DNA of 64,000 nucleotides from Candidatus Moranbacteria bacterium UBA2282 (GTDB lineage Bacteria; Patescibacteriota; Minisyncoccia; Moranbacterales; UBA2206): NCBI GenBank assembly GCA_002345745.1, contig DDWQ01000019.1, positions 83 to 64,082 of the forward strand, read 5' to 3'. Shown piece by piece: positions 27,680 to 37,805 of this stretch (position 1 is its first letter; each line of letters starts with the position of its first letter). The notes under the pieces were generated by a model. It saw only the letters and a program-made list of their open reading frames with translations, ran no database searches and was not told where the DNA came from. The position numbers and the translations under genes were made by a program.

Positions 27680-29398
27680 TTAACTTATTTTTCGTTGCAT
27701 ATCAACTACTATTAGCTGCATCTTTTTATTGCCATTCCATTCATCCTCTTGCAAATTGAAAACCACATCCACCGCATCCCCAACCTTCAAGTCTGGAAAT
27801 TTATCCCCTAAACCAAAGCCAATCGATTCAAATACCTTTGGACTGGAATGTGCTCGCAAAGATAGTTTCAAATGCTTACTGCCGTTACCAACTGTTTTCA
27901 TATCAGAAATAGTCAAATCTTTCATTAGAAAAACTGGTTCTTCATTACCCTCGCCAAAAGGTTGCAGCCTATTAATTGCCTCCATCAAATTCCAATCGAT
28001 CTCTTGCGCCGAAAGTTCCAAATCAATTTCGATGGTTGGAGAAATATCTTTTCCAATTAATTCTTCTTCAATAATGCCTGACAATTTTTCATAGAACTTT
28101 TCCATATTTTCATGCTTAACTTGCACTCCGGCCGCTTGTGAATGCCCACCATAACGAATAAGCAAATCTGAACATTGTTCCAAGGCTTCAATGATATTCA
28201 CCTGATCAATACTACGAAAAGACCCAACGAAATATTCTGCTTGTTTTTGAAAAACCGCTGTTGGCTTGTTGAACTCATCCGCTATTCTGCCAGCAATCAA
28301 ACCCAAAATTCCAACCTGCCAATGCTCGTTGGAGGCAAAAATAAGTTTTTTATCTTTAAAAGAATTTTCTGCTAATGCTCGCACTTCACGCGTAATTTCA
28401 GTTGTAATTTTTTGCCTAGCCTTGTTTTTATCTTCAACTTCCAAAGCCATAATTCGTGCTTTTGCAACGTCAGTTTCTATCATTAGCTCGTATGAGATAC
28501 TAGCGTGATCCATACGCCCAGCCGCATTTATTCTGGGTGCAATTTGAAAACCAATTTTCTGCGTGCTTGGAACAGTATTCTCATCAATTTCAATTCTGCC
28601 AACTTTAAACATTTCTAAAAGTCCGATTCTCCTTGTTTTCGACAGCACTACTAGTCCATATTTTGTCAGCACTCTATTTTCACCTATTAATGGAACGCAA
28701 TCAGCTACAGTACCGATAACCACCAAATCTAAAAGCCATTTTAATTGATCCATTTTTGAATCATCTATTTTCTGTTGCAAGCCCTGTGCCAATTTAAAAG
28801 CCACGCCCACGCCCGCTAGATTTTCAAAGGGATAACCACATTTTTCCATATGTGGATTAATAATTGCCACGGCTTGCGGCAAAATTTTCGGCACATGATG
28901 ATGATCTGTAATAATAACATCCACACCCAGTTGTTTGGCTTTTTCAACTTCGGCAATATTTGTGATTCCACAATCAACTGTAATAATTAGCGTTACACCT
29001 TCCTTTGACAAAAATTCAATCGCCAACTCGTTCATTCCATAGCCTTCTGTTTGCCGGTCAGGAATATACGGCATAATTTTTTCAAATCCAATACCCGTCA
29101 GCATTTCATACATCAAGGCTGTAGCGGTCACGCCGTCTGCATCATAGTCCCCAAAAATTGCAACTCTTTCTTTGTTTTTCCTGGCCAACAAAATTCGCTC
29201 TACTGCCTTTTCCATATCCGCAAAAATAAACGGGTCGTGTACATCTGTGTCATAGGAAAAATTGAAAAAACTTTCTAACGCCTTCTCGCCCACAATTCCC
29301 CGATTTGTCAGTAATTGCAAAACAACCGGATGAAATTTATTTTTTAAATCAGCACTGACTGCACCTATTCTGTTTTTTGTGTTCCATTTTTTTTGCAT
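27680..29398 (-). CDS. recJ: single-stranded-DNA-specific exonuclease RecJ
   Basis: 572 aa with DHH motifs (DYDADGVTATA, ITDHHH) and a DHHA1 domain. Confidence 0.85.
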   Translation of the reverse strand: MQKKWNTKNRIGAVSADLKNKFHPVVLQLLTNRGIVGEKALESFFNFSYDTDVHDPFIFADMEKAVERILLARKNKERVAIFGDYDADGVTATALMYEMLTGIGFEKIMPYIPDRQTEGYGMNELAIEFLSKEGVTLIITVDCGITNIAEVEKAKQLGVDVIITDHHHVPKILPQAVAIINPHMEKCGYPFENLAGVGVAFKLAQGLQQKIDDSKMDQLKWLLDLVVIGTVADCVPLIGENRVLTKYGLVVLSKTRRIGLLEMFKVGRIEIDENTVPSTQKIGFQIAPRINAAGRMDHASISYELMIETDVAKARIMALEVEDKNKARQKITTEITREVRALAENSFKDKKLIFASNEHWQVGILGLIAGRIADEFNKPTAVFQKQAEYFVGSFRSIDQVNIIEALEQCSDLLIRYGGHSQAAGVQVKHENMEKFYEKLSGIIEEELIGKDISPTIEIDLELSAQEIDWNLMEAINRLQPFGEGNEEPVFLMKDLTISDMKTVGNGSKHLKLSLRAHSSPKVFESIGFGLGDKFPDLKVGDAVDVVFNLQEDEWNGNKKMQLIVVDMQRKIS

Positions 29399-29413
29399 TA
29401 ATTTAAAAAATAA

Positions 29414-29469
29414 CAGAATTCAATTTTTATCAGACCTGTTGTGTAACAGATCTATTTAATTGAATTCTG
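29414..29469 (-). terminator. long-stem hairpin (12-bp IR CAGAATTCAATT/AATTGAATTCTG) followed by a T-run on the minus strand
   Basis: Lies between the response-regulator stop and the recJ start. On the minus strand the hairpin is followed by ATTTTTT. Confidence 0.5.
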
Positions 29470-29491
29470 CAAAATAACATATTATAAGTTC

Positions 29492-30058
29492 TTAATTCTG
29501 TTCAGGCTCACACCCACTACAAATTATCTTAGTTGAAAATTCGCGATTACTCATATCCACCACCTTCATCACTAAAATTAAATTTCCTCCACATTTTAAA
29601 CATTTAAAATCTTTACTATTGCCCATATCTTGAGATAATTTCTCAGCATCTAGCTCATTTGGCATAAATTTTATTTTATATTCTGAAGCTTTAAATATTT
29701 CTTGAATCTTTTCAACTATTTCATTTGGTGTATAAAGTCCACGGACGAAAAATCCTTTAGTTCCCAATTCAGTTGCCCGTCGCTGATCCTCTTCGCGACC
29801 CAGATGAGAAGAAATAACAACTGGCGTTTTGCTCGTTGCAACATTTTTTTTCAAAGCTTCAATCATTGCAAAGCCATCCATTACAGGCATCACGATACCA
29901 GTAAAAATAATATCAGGCATATTTTTGGTCGCACTATCCAAACCCTCTACGCCATTATGCGCTTCTAAAACAATAAAACCCTCTTTTTGAAAAATTTCAA
30001 CGTACATATTTCTTATTGCATCATCATCGTCTACCAAAAGAATTTTTAATGTTTTCAT
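29492..30058 (-). CDS. response regulator receiver domain fused to a C-terminal zinc-ribbon
   Basis: REC motifs (LLVDDDD...D...MPVMDGF...K) and a C-terminal CLKCGG...CSGCE. Confidence 0.7.
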   Translation of the reverse strand: MKTLKILLVDDDDAIRNMYVEIFQKEGFIVLEAHNGVEGLDSATKNMPDIIFTGIVMPVMDGFAMIEALKKNVATSKTPVVISSHLGREEDQRRATELGTKGFFVRGLYTPNEIVEKIQEIFKASEYKIKFMPNELDAEKLSQDMGNSKDFKCLKCGGNLILVMKVVDMSNREFSTKIICSGCEPEQN

Positions 30059-30071
30059 ATTTATAACTTAT

Positions 30072-32135
30072 TTAAATAATTATTTTTACGTCAATTGCTA
30101 TCGCATTCCTACCATCATTATATATTAATACTGGATTAATATCTAATTCTTTAATTTCTCCGATTTCTTGCGCTAACTCGGATACGCCCAATAGCATTTG
30201 TGCCATTTCATCCAAATTATGCGGTTTTTGTCCGCGAGTTTCTTCAAATAAAAATTTGATTTTACTCTTTTGTAACGAATTTTTAATTTCTTTAAAACTT
30301 AATGGCAGAATTAAAAAATCTACCATCTTGAAAACTTCAGTATAAATTCCACCGAGTCCATAGACTATAATCGGACCAAAAACGCTATCTTGTTTGATAC
30401 CTATAATCAATTCCGTTTTGATAGCAAGCATTTCTTGAATAATGAAATCCTCTTCTGGAAAATTATTTTTCATTTGTATATATGATTGCTCTAATTCTGT
30501 TTGATTTTTTATATTTAAAATAACGCCTTGTTTATCAGTCTTATGCAAAACCTTATCACTATCAACCTTCATCACCACTGGAAAATTTTCAATTTGTGGC
30601 AATTTATCATTGGCCATTAGATTTGTTACAGTCGGAGTTTTTATCCCATATAATTTCATTACTTCGCATGCCTGTGCAAAAGATAGCGCAGTGTGTTTTT
30701 CTTCTCTGGCTTTCTGAATAATCTGCAAAACTTTTTCTTGACGATTGATATCGATCGCACTTTCGTCTTGTGTGTGTGAATTTTGATAATTGCTCCAAGT
30801 ATAATATGCATCTAGTGCATTCACGGCTTGATCTGGAAAAGAAAAATTTGGCACATTATGCTCCCTAAGTTTTATAATTTCTTTCTCTACTCTTTCCCCA
30901 CCGATGAAAATTGTGATAATTGCTTTTTTAGATTTATTTTTAAATTCAATAATCTTATTTGCAATTTTTACAACCGGTGTTTGATCTTGTGCTGTCAAGA
31001 CACACAAAATTGTCCCCACGCCTTTTTCCTGCTCCAAAATTTCCAAGGCTCGTGCATAACGGTCTTCCATAGCATCACCCAAAAGATCAATTGGATTTTC
31101 CACGGATGATTCAAGTGGCAAAAATTCACGCAAGCTTTTTTTTGTTGCTTCTTTTAAATTGACTAACTCTATTTCCTTCCCGCCAAAAGCATCGGTGGTT
31201 AAAACTCCCGGGCCACCGGCGTTCGTAATAATTGCTACACCTTTTTCCTTGGGAGCAGGTGCTACTGACATCAATTCAATCAAGGCAAAAAATTCTTCTA
31301 GGTTTTTCGCACGCAATACCCCAACTTTCTGAAAAACTGCATCCATAATTTCGTTACTGCCAGCCAGTGCACCTGTGTGAGATGAAATAGCTTTTTGTGC
31401 TTTTTCCGTTTTGCCTGCTTTCAAAATAACTACTGGTTTTTTTTGCGCCACTCGCGACGCCACTTCAATAAATTTTTTCCCATCTATAATGCCTTCGAGA
31501 TACATTCCAATAACTTTCGTATCCTCATCCTGTGCTAAATATTCCAAAATTTCTGATTCACTTAGTTGCATTTTATTACCTACTGAAATAATATTGGCAA
31601 ATTTAATATTTTCCTTGCGTGCAATGTCCATAATTGCTACTGCTAGGGCACCTGATTGTGAAACAAAAGAAATATTTCCAGCTGACGGCATTCCACCCGC
31701 AAAGGACGCATTGAGTTTTAGCTTGGGGATAATAAAGCCTAAGCAATTTGGACCCAAGATGTTCAAATTTTTTTCTTCTGCTAGTTTTTTTAATTCTTCT
31801 TCGCGTATTTTGCCATCTGCGTCAGTTTCGGAAAAACCAGCTGAAATTACCACGAAATTCCTAATCCGCTCAGAAGCTTCACGAATTACCGGCACGACAA
31901 TCTTGGCTGGCAAAACTATAATTGCCAAATCAACTTTTTCCGTGATGTCAGTCAAACTTTTGAAACTGCGATGATCAAAAAGTTTCTCATGTTTTGGATT
32001 AACTAAAAAAATCTTACCAGCATAACCCAGCTCGATAATATTTTTTGTAATCACATTGCCGACCTTGCCACGCTCCTGTGAAGCGCCAACAATGGCAATA
32101 GATTGCGGATTAAATAATTCGTTTAAATTATTCAT
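30072..32135 (-). CDS. acetate--CoA ligase (ADP-forming) family protein
   Basis: 687 aa with an N-terminal CoA-binding Rossmann domain (IAIVGASQERGKVG), a succinyl-CoA-synthetase-like middle domain and a C-terminal ATP-grasp domain. Confidence 0.75.
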   Translation of the reverse strand: MNNLNELFNPQSIAIVGASQERGKVGNVITKNIIELGYAGKIFLVNPKHEKLFDHRSFKSLTDITEKVDLAIIVLPAKIVVPVIREASERIRNFVVISAGFSETDADGKIREEELKKLAEEKNLNILGPNCLGFIIPKLKLNASFAGGMPSAGNISFVSQSGALAVAIMDIARKENIKFANIISVGNKMQLSESEILEYLAQDEDTKVIGMYLEGIIDGKKFIEVASRVAQKKPVVILKAGKTEKAQKAISSHTGALAGSNEIMDAVFQKVGVLRAKNLEEFFALIELMSVAPAPKEKGVAIITNAGGPGVLTTDAFGGKEIELVNLKEATKKSLREFLPLESSVENPIDLLGDAMEDRYARALEILEQEKGVGTILCVLTAQDQTPVVKIANKIIEFKNKSKKAIITIFIGGERVEKEIIKLREHNVPNFSFPDQAVNALDAYYTWSNYQNSHTQDESAIDINRQEKVLQIIQKAREEKHTALSFAQACEVMKLYGIKTPTVTNLMANDKLPQIENFPVVMKVDSDKVLHKTDKQGVILNIKNQTELEQSYIQMKNNFPEEDFIIQEMLAIKTELIIGIKQDSVFGPIIVYGLGGIYTEVFKMVDFLILPLSFKEIKNSLQKSKIKFLFEETRGQKPHNLDEMAQMLLGVSELAQEIGEIKELDINPVLIYNDGRNAIAIDVKIII

Positions 32136-32141
32136 ATTTTT

Positions 32142-33134
32142 TTATAATATTATTTTTTTCTCATCTAATAGCCCGGCAACCGCCCCATAATATCTAACAA
32201 CATTGGATGAATTAGCAATTCCCCAATTCAAACTTTCTGCCAAACTTTTCCCTTTCATTTGTGCCGCAATAAATCCACTGGAAAATGCATCACCTGCACC
32301 CAGCGTGTCAGCCACTTTTTCTTTTTTGGCTTCAATGTGTAAAAATTCATTCCCATTAAATCCCCAAGCTCCCCGTGCGCCATCAGTCAAAGCCACAATT
32401 TTTGCACCTATCTTGTTCAACTGTTCTGCTAAAAATCTTTCGTCATTTAATTCTTCATTTGAAAATTCACCAATCCTTTCTACAATCTCCAACGCCTCAT
32501 CTTTGTTCACAATCACCATTTCCGATTGTGCAATGACCTTTGTAATTTTTTCAACATCACTCTTGAGATTTTTTTGCCCTGGGTTGAAAATTAATTTTAT
32601 ATTTTCTTCTTTAACTAGTTGCAAAATTTTATCTAATTTAGCTTCCCAATTCTCAGATTCATTGCCATTTAAGGAACTTACAAAAAACCATTGCGCACCG
32701 ATCTTTTTTATTTCTTCCGAAAATATTTCTATTTTTTCATTAGCATCACGATCAGAAAAAATAATCCTGTCTTCGCTGGGGATATGAGCGATAATTGTTG
32801 AAAGATCACTGCGATGAGTTGAGCCAGTCTGAACCAAATTAATTGCCACTCCATTTTTTTTCAATTCTTCTTTAATCCAATCTCCAGATTGATCTAAACC
32901 AACTCGTGCACAACAAAAAGATTCCAGTCCCAAGTGAGCCAAGCCACACGCCACATTTGCCGCACAACCGCCAATGGTTTCATGACGACCTTGTGACACT
33001 TGATATTTAGCACCTAACTCAAAAACAATTTTCTTCTGGGCTTCTAGGTCATTTGGTGTATCTATAACCTCCCCGTCATTAATTGGAAAAATTATGTCTT
33101 TCGTGACTGAGCCAATACAAATTATTTTATTCAT
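32142..33134 (-). CDS. PfkB-family carbohydrate kinase
   Basis: 330 aa, ribokinase-like fold with the C-terminal DTLGAGDAF motif. Confidence 0.75.
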   Translation of the reverse strand: MNKIICIGSVTKDIIFPINDGEVIDTPNDLEAQKKIVFELGAKYQVSQGRHETIGGCAANVACGLAHLGLESFCCARVGLDQSGDWIKEELKKNGVAINLVQTGSTHRSDLSTIIAHIPSEDRIIFSDRDANEKIEIFSEEIKKIGAQWFFVSSLNGNESENWEAKLDKILQLVKEENIKLIFNPGQKNLKSDVEKITKVIAQSEMVIVNKDEALEIVERIGEFSNEELNDERFLAEQLNKIGAKIVALTDGARGAWGFNGNEFLHIEAKKEKVADTLGAGDAFSSGFIAAQMKGKSLAESLNWGIANSSNVVRYYGAVAGLLDEKKIIL

Positions 33135-33155
33135 AAAATTATTTATTTAGAAGAA

Positions 33156-34715
33156 TTAGTTTAGTAATGAAAATTTCTTCATTAATTTTGGTTTTTCTAT
33201 TCCAAGAATATCCAAAATTGTTGGTGCGATATTTCCGAGCACACCGTCATCACGCAATTTGTTATTTTTAAATTTTTCACTAACTATTAAAAATGGTACT
33301 GGGTTTTTAGTGTGATATGTGTTTGGTTGATCGCTATCAAAATCTATCATATCGTCAGCATTGCCGTGATCGGCTGTAATAATTAAATTACCATTATTTT
33401 TCAAAACTTCTTTTGCTAAGATCTCTATTTGTTTATCCAAAACTTCTACCGCTTTCACCGTAGCATCAAAATCGCCAGTGTGTCCGACCATATCAGCGTT
33501 GGCATAATTGATAGTGATAAAATCATATCTATCATTTTTGATACTTTGCATAACCACATCGGTTATTTCTTGTGCTGACATTTCTGGGGCTTTTGCATAT
33601 GAATCAATTTTTTTAGATGCAATCATGATACGCTCTTCGTCGTCCACCGGATCAGCATAGCCACCGTTTAGAAAATATGTGACGTGTGCAAATTTTTCAG
33701 TTTCTGCAATATATAACTGTTTTTTTGATTGACCTAAGACCATTGGTAGAGTTGCATTAATAGTGTGTTCTGGAAAAGCTGTGTGTTCATCAAGCCCCGG
33801 ACCAAAATCGGTTAGTGCCACAAAATATAAATTTTTTAATTTATCAATGATTGGCATATCATCGTTCAAAATGCTTTTCTCATCGTTCGCAATAAACAGC
33901 TTGCTAAATTGGCGTGCTCTATCAGAACGAAAATTAAAAAACATTACTGAATCATTTTCTTTTACTTTTGCAACAGGCTGATCTTTTTCAAAAATTACAG
34001 TCGGCAATAAATATTCATCAGTGAGATTATTTTTATATGCTTTTTCAATCGCCTCCTCAGCCGAACTAGCTTTTTCACCATTAGCAAAAACTAGAGCATC
34101 GTAAGATAAAGTAAGGCGCTTCCAATTTTTTGCCCGATCCATAGCATAAAATCTTCCAGAAAGCGTTGCAATTTTACCGATACCCTCCTCTGTCATAATT
34201 TTTCGAAAATTTTTCAGATATTCTTGCGCACTCTTAGGATATGAATCACGACCATCCGTAAATAAATGACAATACACTTCTGCAACATTATTTTTTTTTG
34301 CCATTTTTAAAATAGCTCGGAAATGATCGGGATTACTATGTGGACTATCAGCATTTCCCATTAAACCCACCAAATGGAATTTTCCTTTGGTTTTTTTGAT
34401 ATGTCTAATTGCACCCATTATCGCTGGATTCATAAAAAAACTTCCATCCTTTATGCTGTCACTGATATATTTTGAATCTTGAGGAACAATTCTTCCTGCC
34501 CCAATATTCATATGCCCCGCCTCTGATCCGCTCATTCTGCGATCTTCCAACCCAACGCAAGTTCCCGTTGCACATAAAGTCGTTGATGGATAAGTCGCAA
34601 ATAACCGATCAATAGTCGGTTTTTTGGCCATTGTTATAGCATTGCCCTTTGATGGAAGAGCAATGCCATAGCCGTCTAGGATTACCAATATTGTTGGTGC
34701 TTTTTTATTTTCCAT
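33156..34715 (-). CDS. gpmI: 2,3-bisphosphoglycerate-independent phosphoglycerate mutase
   Basis: 519 aa with the ILDGYG N-terminus and metal-binding residues typical of iPGM. Confidence 0.85.
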   Translation of the reverse strand: MENKKAPTILVILDGYGIALPSKGNAITMAKKPTIDRLFATYPSTTLCATGTCVGLEDRRMSGSEAGHMNIGAGRIVPQDSKYISDSIKDGSFFMNPAIMGAIRHIKKTKGKFHLVGLMGNADSPHSNPDHFRAILKMAKKNNVAEVYCHLFTDGRDSYPKSAQEYLKNFRKIMTEEGIGKIATLSGRFYAMDRAKNWKRLTLSYDALVFANGEKASSAEEAIEKAYKNNLTDEYLLPTVIFEKDQPVAKVKENDSVMFFNFRSDRARQFSKLFIANDEKSILNDDMPIIDKLKNLYFVALTDFGPGLDEHTAFPEHTINATLPMVLGQSKKQLYIAETEKFAHVTYFLNGGYADPVDDEERIMIASKKIDSYAKAPEMSAQEITDVVMQSIKNDRYDFITINYANADMVGHTGDFDATVKAVEVLDKQIEILAKEVLKNNGNLIITADHGNADDMIDFDSDQPNTYHTKNPVPFLIVSEKFKNNKLRDDGVLGNIAPTILDILGIEKPKLMKKFSLLN

Positions 34716-34797
34716 TTTGTATTGATAGTGTTCGTTATTTACATCAAGCTCCCAAATTTTTAATTTCTAATTTTTAATTTTATAAATAAATCCTAAT

Positions 34798-36057
34798 TTA
34801 TCTCTTCAGTTCTTCCTCAATTCTCAAAAGTCTATTATATTTACAAATCCTCTCACCTCGAGAAAGTGAACCGGATTTCATATATTCCGCACCAGTGCCG
34901 ACGGCCAGATCTGAAATAAAATCATCTGTTGTTTCTCCTGAGCGATGCGATATGACAATTTTCATCTTATTTTTTTTGGCCAGTTTAATGCAATTGATGG
35001 TTTCCGTCAGTGAGCCGATTTGATTCACTTTAATCAAAACTGAATTGCAAGCTTTTTCGGCAATAGCAGTTTCTAGTCTTTTGACGTTAGTCACTAAGAG
35101 GTCATCACCAATTGTCATCACACGACCGCCAATTTTTTCGTTCATTGCTCGCCAACCTTCCCAATCCTGCTCTTGCAATCCATCCTCAACTGAAATCACA
35201 TTATATTTAGCAATCCATTCATTATAAATATTGATTAACATTTCCCGCGTGATACTGTTGCTTTCTGGCTTAAAAATATATTGACCTTCTTTTTCATCAA
35301 AAAATGATGAAGCAGCAGCGTCAATAGCCGTATTAACTTCTGTCCCAGCTTTATAACCTGCTTCAGTAATGGCACGGTTCATCAATTCCAATGGTTTTGA
35401 ATTGCTTTCCAAGTGTGGCGCAAAACCACCCTCATCGCCCACAGCCACACTTTGTCCTTCGGAAGCCAAAATTTCTTTTAATTTATGAAAGATTTCACTT
35501 CCAGCCCGGAATTGTTCTTTAAAAGTTTTGATGCCGTTGGGCACAATTTTATATTCTTGAATCGCCAAACCTGAATCGCTATGTTTACCGCCATTGATGA
35601 CATTAAACATCGGGATGGGCAGTTTAAATTTTACTGGAAAACCAAAGGTCTTTGCAATATATCTATATAATGGCACATTTTGTTCCATCGCTGTCGCTCG
35701 AGCCACCGCCAAAGACACTCCTAAAATTGCATTCGCTCCCAAATTAGTTTTATTTTCCGTGCCGTCTAACTCCAGCATCTTTTCATCAATCTCAATCTGA
35801 TTTGTAGTTTCCATACCAACAATCACCTTGGCAATTTTTTTATTTACATTTTCAACAGCGTTCAAAACACCCAAGCCACCAAATCTCTTCTTGTCGCCGT
35901 CGCGCAATTCCAATGCTTCAAATGTCCCCGTCGAAGCTCCACTTGGCACTGCCGCTGTCGCTCTTATCCCAGACGCCAGTTCAACATCTACTTCCACTGT
36001 CGGATTACCCCGTGAATCTAAAATTTCGCGTGCAAATATCTTTTTTATTTTTGACAT
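34798..36057 (-). CDS. eno: enolase
   Basis: IFAREILDSRGNPTVEVDV...SGASTG...; 419 aa. Confidence 0.95.
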   Translation of the reverse strand: MSKIKKIFAREILDSRGNPTVEVDVELASGIRATAAVPSGASTGTFEALELRDGDKKRFGGLGVLNAVENVNKKIAKVIVGMETTNQIEIDEKMLELDGTENKTNLGANAILGVSLAVARATAMEQNVPLYRYIAKTFGFPVKFKLPIPMFNVINGGKHSDSGLAIQEYKIVPNGIKTFKEQFRAGSEIFHKLKEILASEGQSVAVGDEGGFAPHLESNSKPLELMNRAITEAGYKAGTEVNTAIDAAASSFFDEKEGQYIFKPESNSITREMLINIYNEWIAKYNVISVEDGLQEQDWEGWRAMNEKIGGRVMTIGDDLLVTNVKRLETAIAEKACNSVLIKVNQIGSLTETINCIKLAKKNKMKIVISHRSGETTDDFISDLAVGTGAEYMKSGSLSRGERICKYNRLLRIEEELKR

Positions 36058-36178
36058 AAAGCTTTCATTTTTAGTTGATTACCATTTCCTTTATTATATC
36101 ACAACTACAAAAAATCGGCGATTAGCCAATTTAAGACCAAAAACACTTCTGATTATATAGTTCAACCTGTGAAGCTAG

Positions 36179-37165
36179 TTATTTTTTTGCAATAAGGTTT
36201 ATGATCAAATCTATAACTTTCTTCTTTTCCTTTGGATCGCTACTAGCGACAAGGATTGTCAGTGCTGTAAGTGCTGACGGGGTGAGTTTAGACACATCCA
36301 AAATATTCACTCGTTCCAAAAACCACACAAAAGCAAATGCGCCACTTCGCTTGTTTCCATCCGTAAAAGGATGATTCTTAACCATGAAATATAATAAGTG
36401 CGCCGCTTTTTCTTCTACGCTTGCGTATAACTCCTTGCCACCGAAAGCCTGCATCACATTTCCAACAATTCCCGCTACCGCCCCAGCACTTCTTTCCATG
36501 CCAAAAATATCAGTTGCTTCTGATTTGCGTATAAGCTCTGTCTTCAGTTCAGTCAAACCATCCACGATCTTGTCCGTTGTCAGCGCAACTTTCTTTTTTG
36601 TCAGTTTGCCCTTCAATAAAACATCTCTGTCATAGGCATCCAGAGAAAGCCATGTGTCAGCAAAAAGAGAAACCAGATTTATAGCATCTTTTGCATCCAC
36701 AGATGAGCCTGCCGGCAAAAGCCCTTTAATGTCCTCCACCACATTCAAAAACTGTGCGTAATTTTTTGCAATTCGATTTTTGTTTATAGCAAAGCCGTCT
36801 ACAATATAACTGCGTAATGTTTTGGTGGCCCAAATACGAAATTGTGTTGCTTGTTTCGAATTAACGCGATAGCCAACTGCTATAATAGCATCCAGATTGT
36901 ACATTTCTATGGAACGCTTAATTTTCCTGTTCCCTTCAATTTGAACTGTTTCCATTTTGGAAACAGTTGCCGTTTCAACAAGTTCTTCAGATTCGAAGAT
37001 TTTTTTAAAATGCTTTGAAATAGCTGCCTTTTTCACACCAAAAAGACCAGCGATTTGATTAAGATTCGCCCAAATGGTTTCTTTTTGCGCATCAATAGAA
37101 AATTCAATGGCGCCTGATTTAACTTGATAGATAACTAATTTTTCGACTGTTTTTTTGTTTTTCAT
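36179..37165 (-). CDS. RhuM-family N-terminal domain fused to a Doc/Fic-type domain
   Basis: The N-terminus is homologous to the RhuM at 7555..8580 (YNLDAIIAVGYRVNSKQATQFRIWATKTL). The C-terminus has HPFTDGNKRSGAFAF, a Doc-type HxFx(D/N)GNKR motif. Confidence 0.75.
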   Translation of the reverse strand: MKNKKTVEKLVIYQVKSGAIEFSIDAQKETIWANLNQIAGLFGVKKAAISKHFKKIFESEELVETATVSKMETVQIEGNRKIKRSIEMYNLDAIIAVGYRVNSKQATQFRIWATKTLRSYIVDGFAINKNRIAKNYAQFLNVVEDIKGLLPAGSSVDAKDAINLVSLFADTWLSLDAYDRDVLLKGKLTKKKVALTTDKIVDGLTELKTELIRKSEATDIFGMERSAGAVAGIVGNVMQAFGGKELYASVEEKAAHLLYFMVKNHPFTDGNKRSGAFAFVWFLERVNILDVSKLTPSALTALTILVASSDPKEKKKVIDLIINLIAKK

Positions 37166-37188
37166 AACTTTAGTTTAATTTGTTATGA

Positions 37189-37221
37189 TGATATTGTATC
37201 ACTATAACAGCTTGCTGTCCA
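37189..37221 (-). promoter_or_regulatory. promoter TGGACA-17-TACAAT with palindrome TGATA-TTG-TATCA overlapping the -10
   Basis: rc(37216-37221)=TGGACA and rc(37193-37198)=TACAAT with a 17-nt spacer, 28 nt upstream of the ATG. It is a paralog of the promoter at 177-209. Confidence 0.5.
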
Positions 37222-37324
37222 TTTCTTGCCTTGTGGATAACATTCTGGCTTTCTGGAGAATATTGGAGTGTTGTTTGGACAAGGAATCTAATATAAGTAA
37301 TTAAGAACACCTAATCCCTTTTTA

Positions 37325-37750
37325 TTATTTTTTTAGCAAGGCTTCAATGATGGGAAGATCAGCTGGGGGAAATTCGAAGTTTTTAAATTCATGCTTTTCT
37401 ATCCAGCGAATTTCACTATGCACGTTGAGTGCGAACTCCCCAGAAAGATGCTGGGTCAAATATCCCCGCAAGTGTACATCTTTTCCCTCTCCATAATCAA
37501 AAAATCCTTCAGCCACAAATTCCCCCACTTTGCAATCAATTCCTAGCTCTTCCTTTATCTCACGCGCTAGACATTCTTGTGGGGCTTCGCCTGCCTCAAT
37601 TTTACCTCCGGGGAATTCCCAGAAGCCACCATAAAATTCCTTCTCACCGCGAAGTGCAATTAAAAATTTCCCATCCTGTTCAATTATAGAAGCGACCACT
37701 TCTAGCATTTTTTTGATGATAATTTTATAAGTAATTATAGGAACGGCCAA
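37325..37750 (-). CDS. NUDIX hydrolase (MutT-like)
   Basis: Nudix box GGKIEAGEAPQECLAREIKEELG. Confidence 0.8.
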   Translation of the reverse strand: MAVPIITYKIIIKKMLEVVASIIEQDGKFLIALRGEKEFYGGFWEFPGGKIEAGEAPQECLAREIKEELGIDCKVGEFVAEGFFDYGEGKDVHLRGYLTQHLSGEFALNVHSEIRWIEKHEFKNFEFPPADLPIIEALLKK

Positions 37751-37768
37751 GTCGTGATTTAGCCATTC

Positions 37769-37793
37769 AAAAAACAGGGTTGCCCCTGTTTTT
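37769..37793 (-). terminator. bidirectional intrinsic terminator AAAAACAGGG-TTGC-CCCTGTTTTT
   Basis: Perfect 6-bp GC stem with an A-run and T-run on either side, immediately after the pgk stop. Confidence 0.65.
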
Positions 37794-37805
37794 ATCTATC
37801 GTGTT

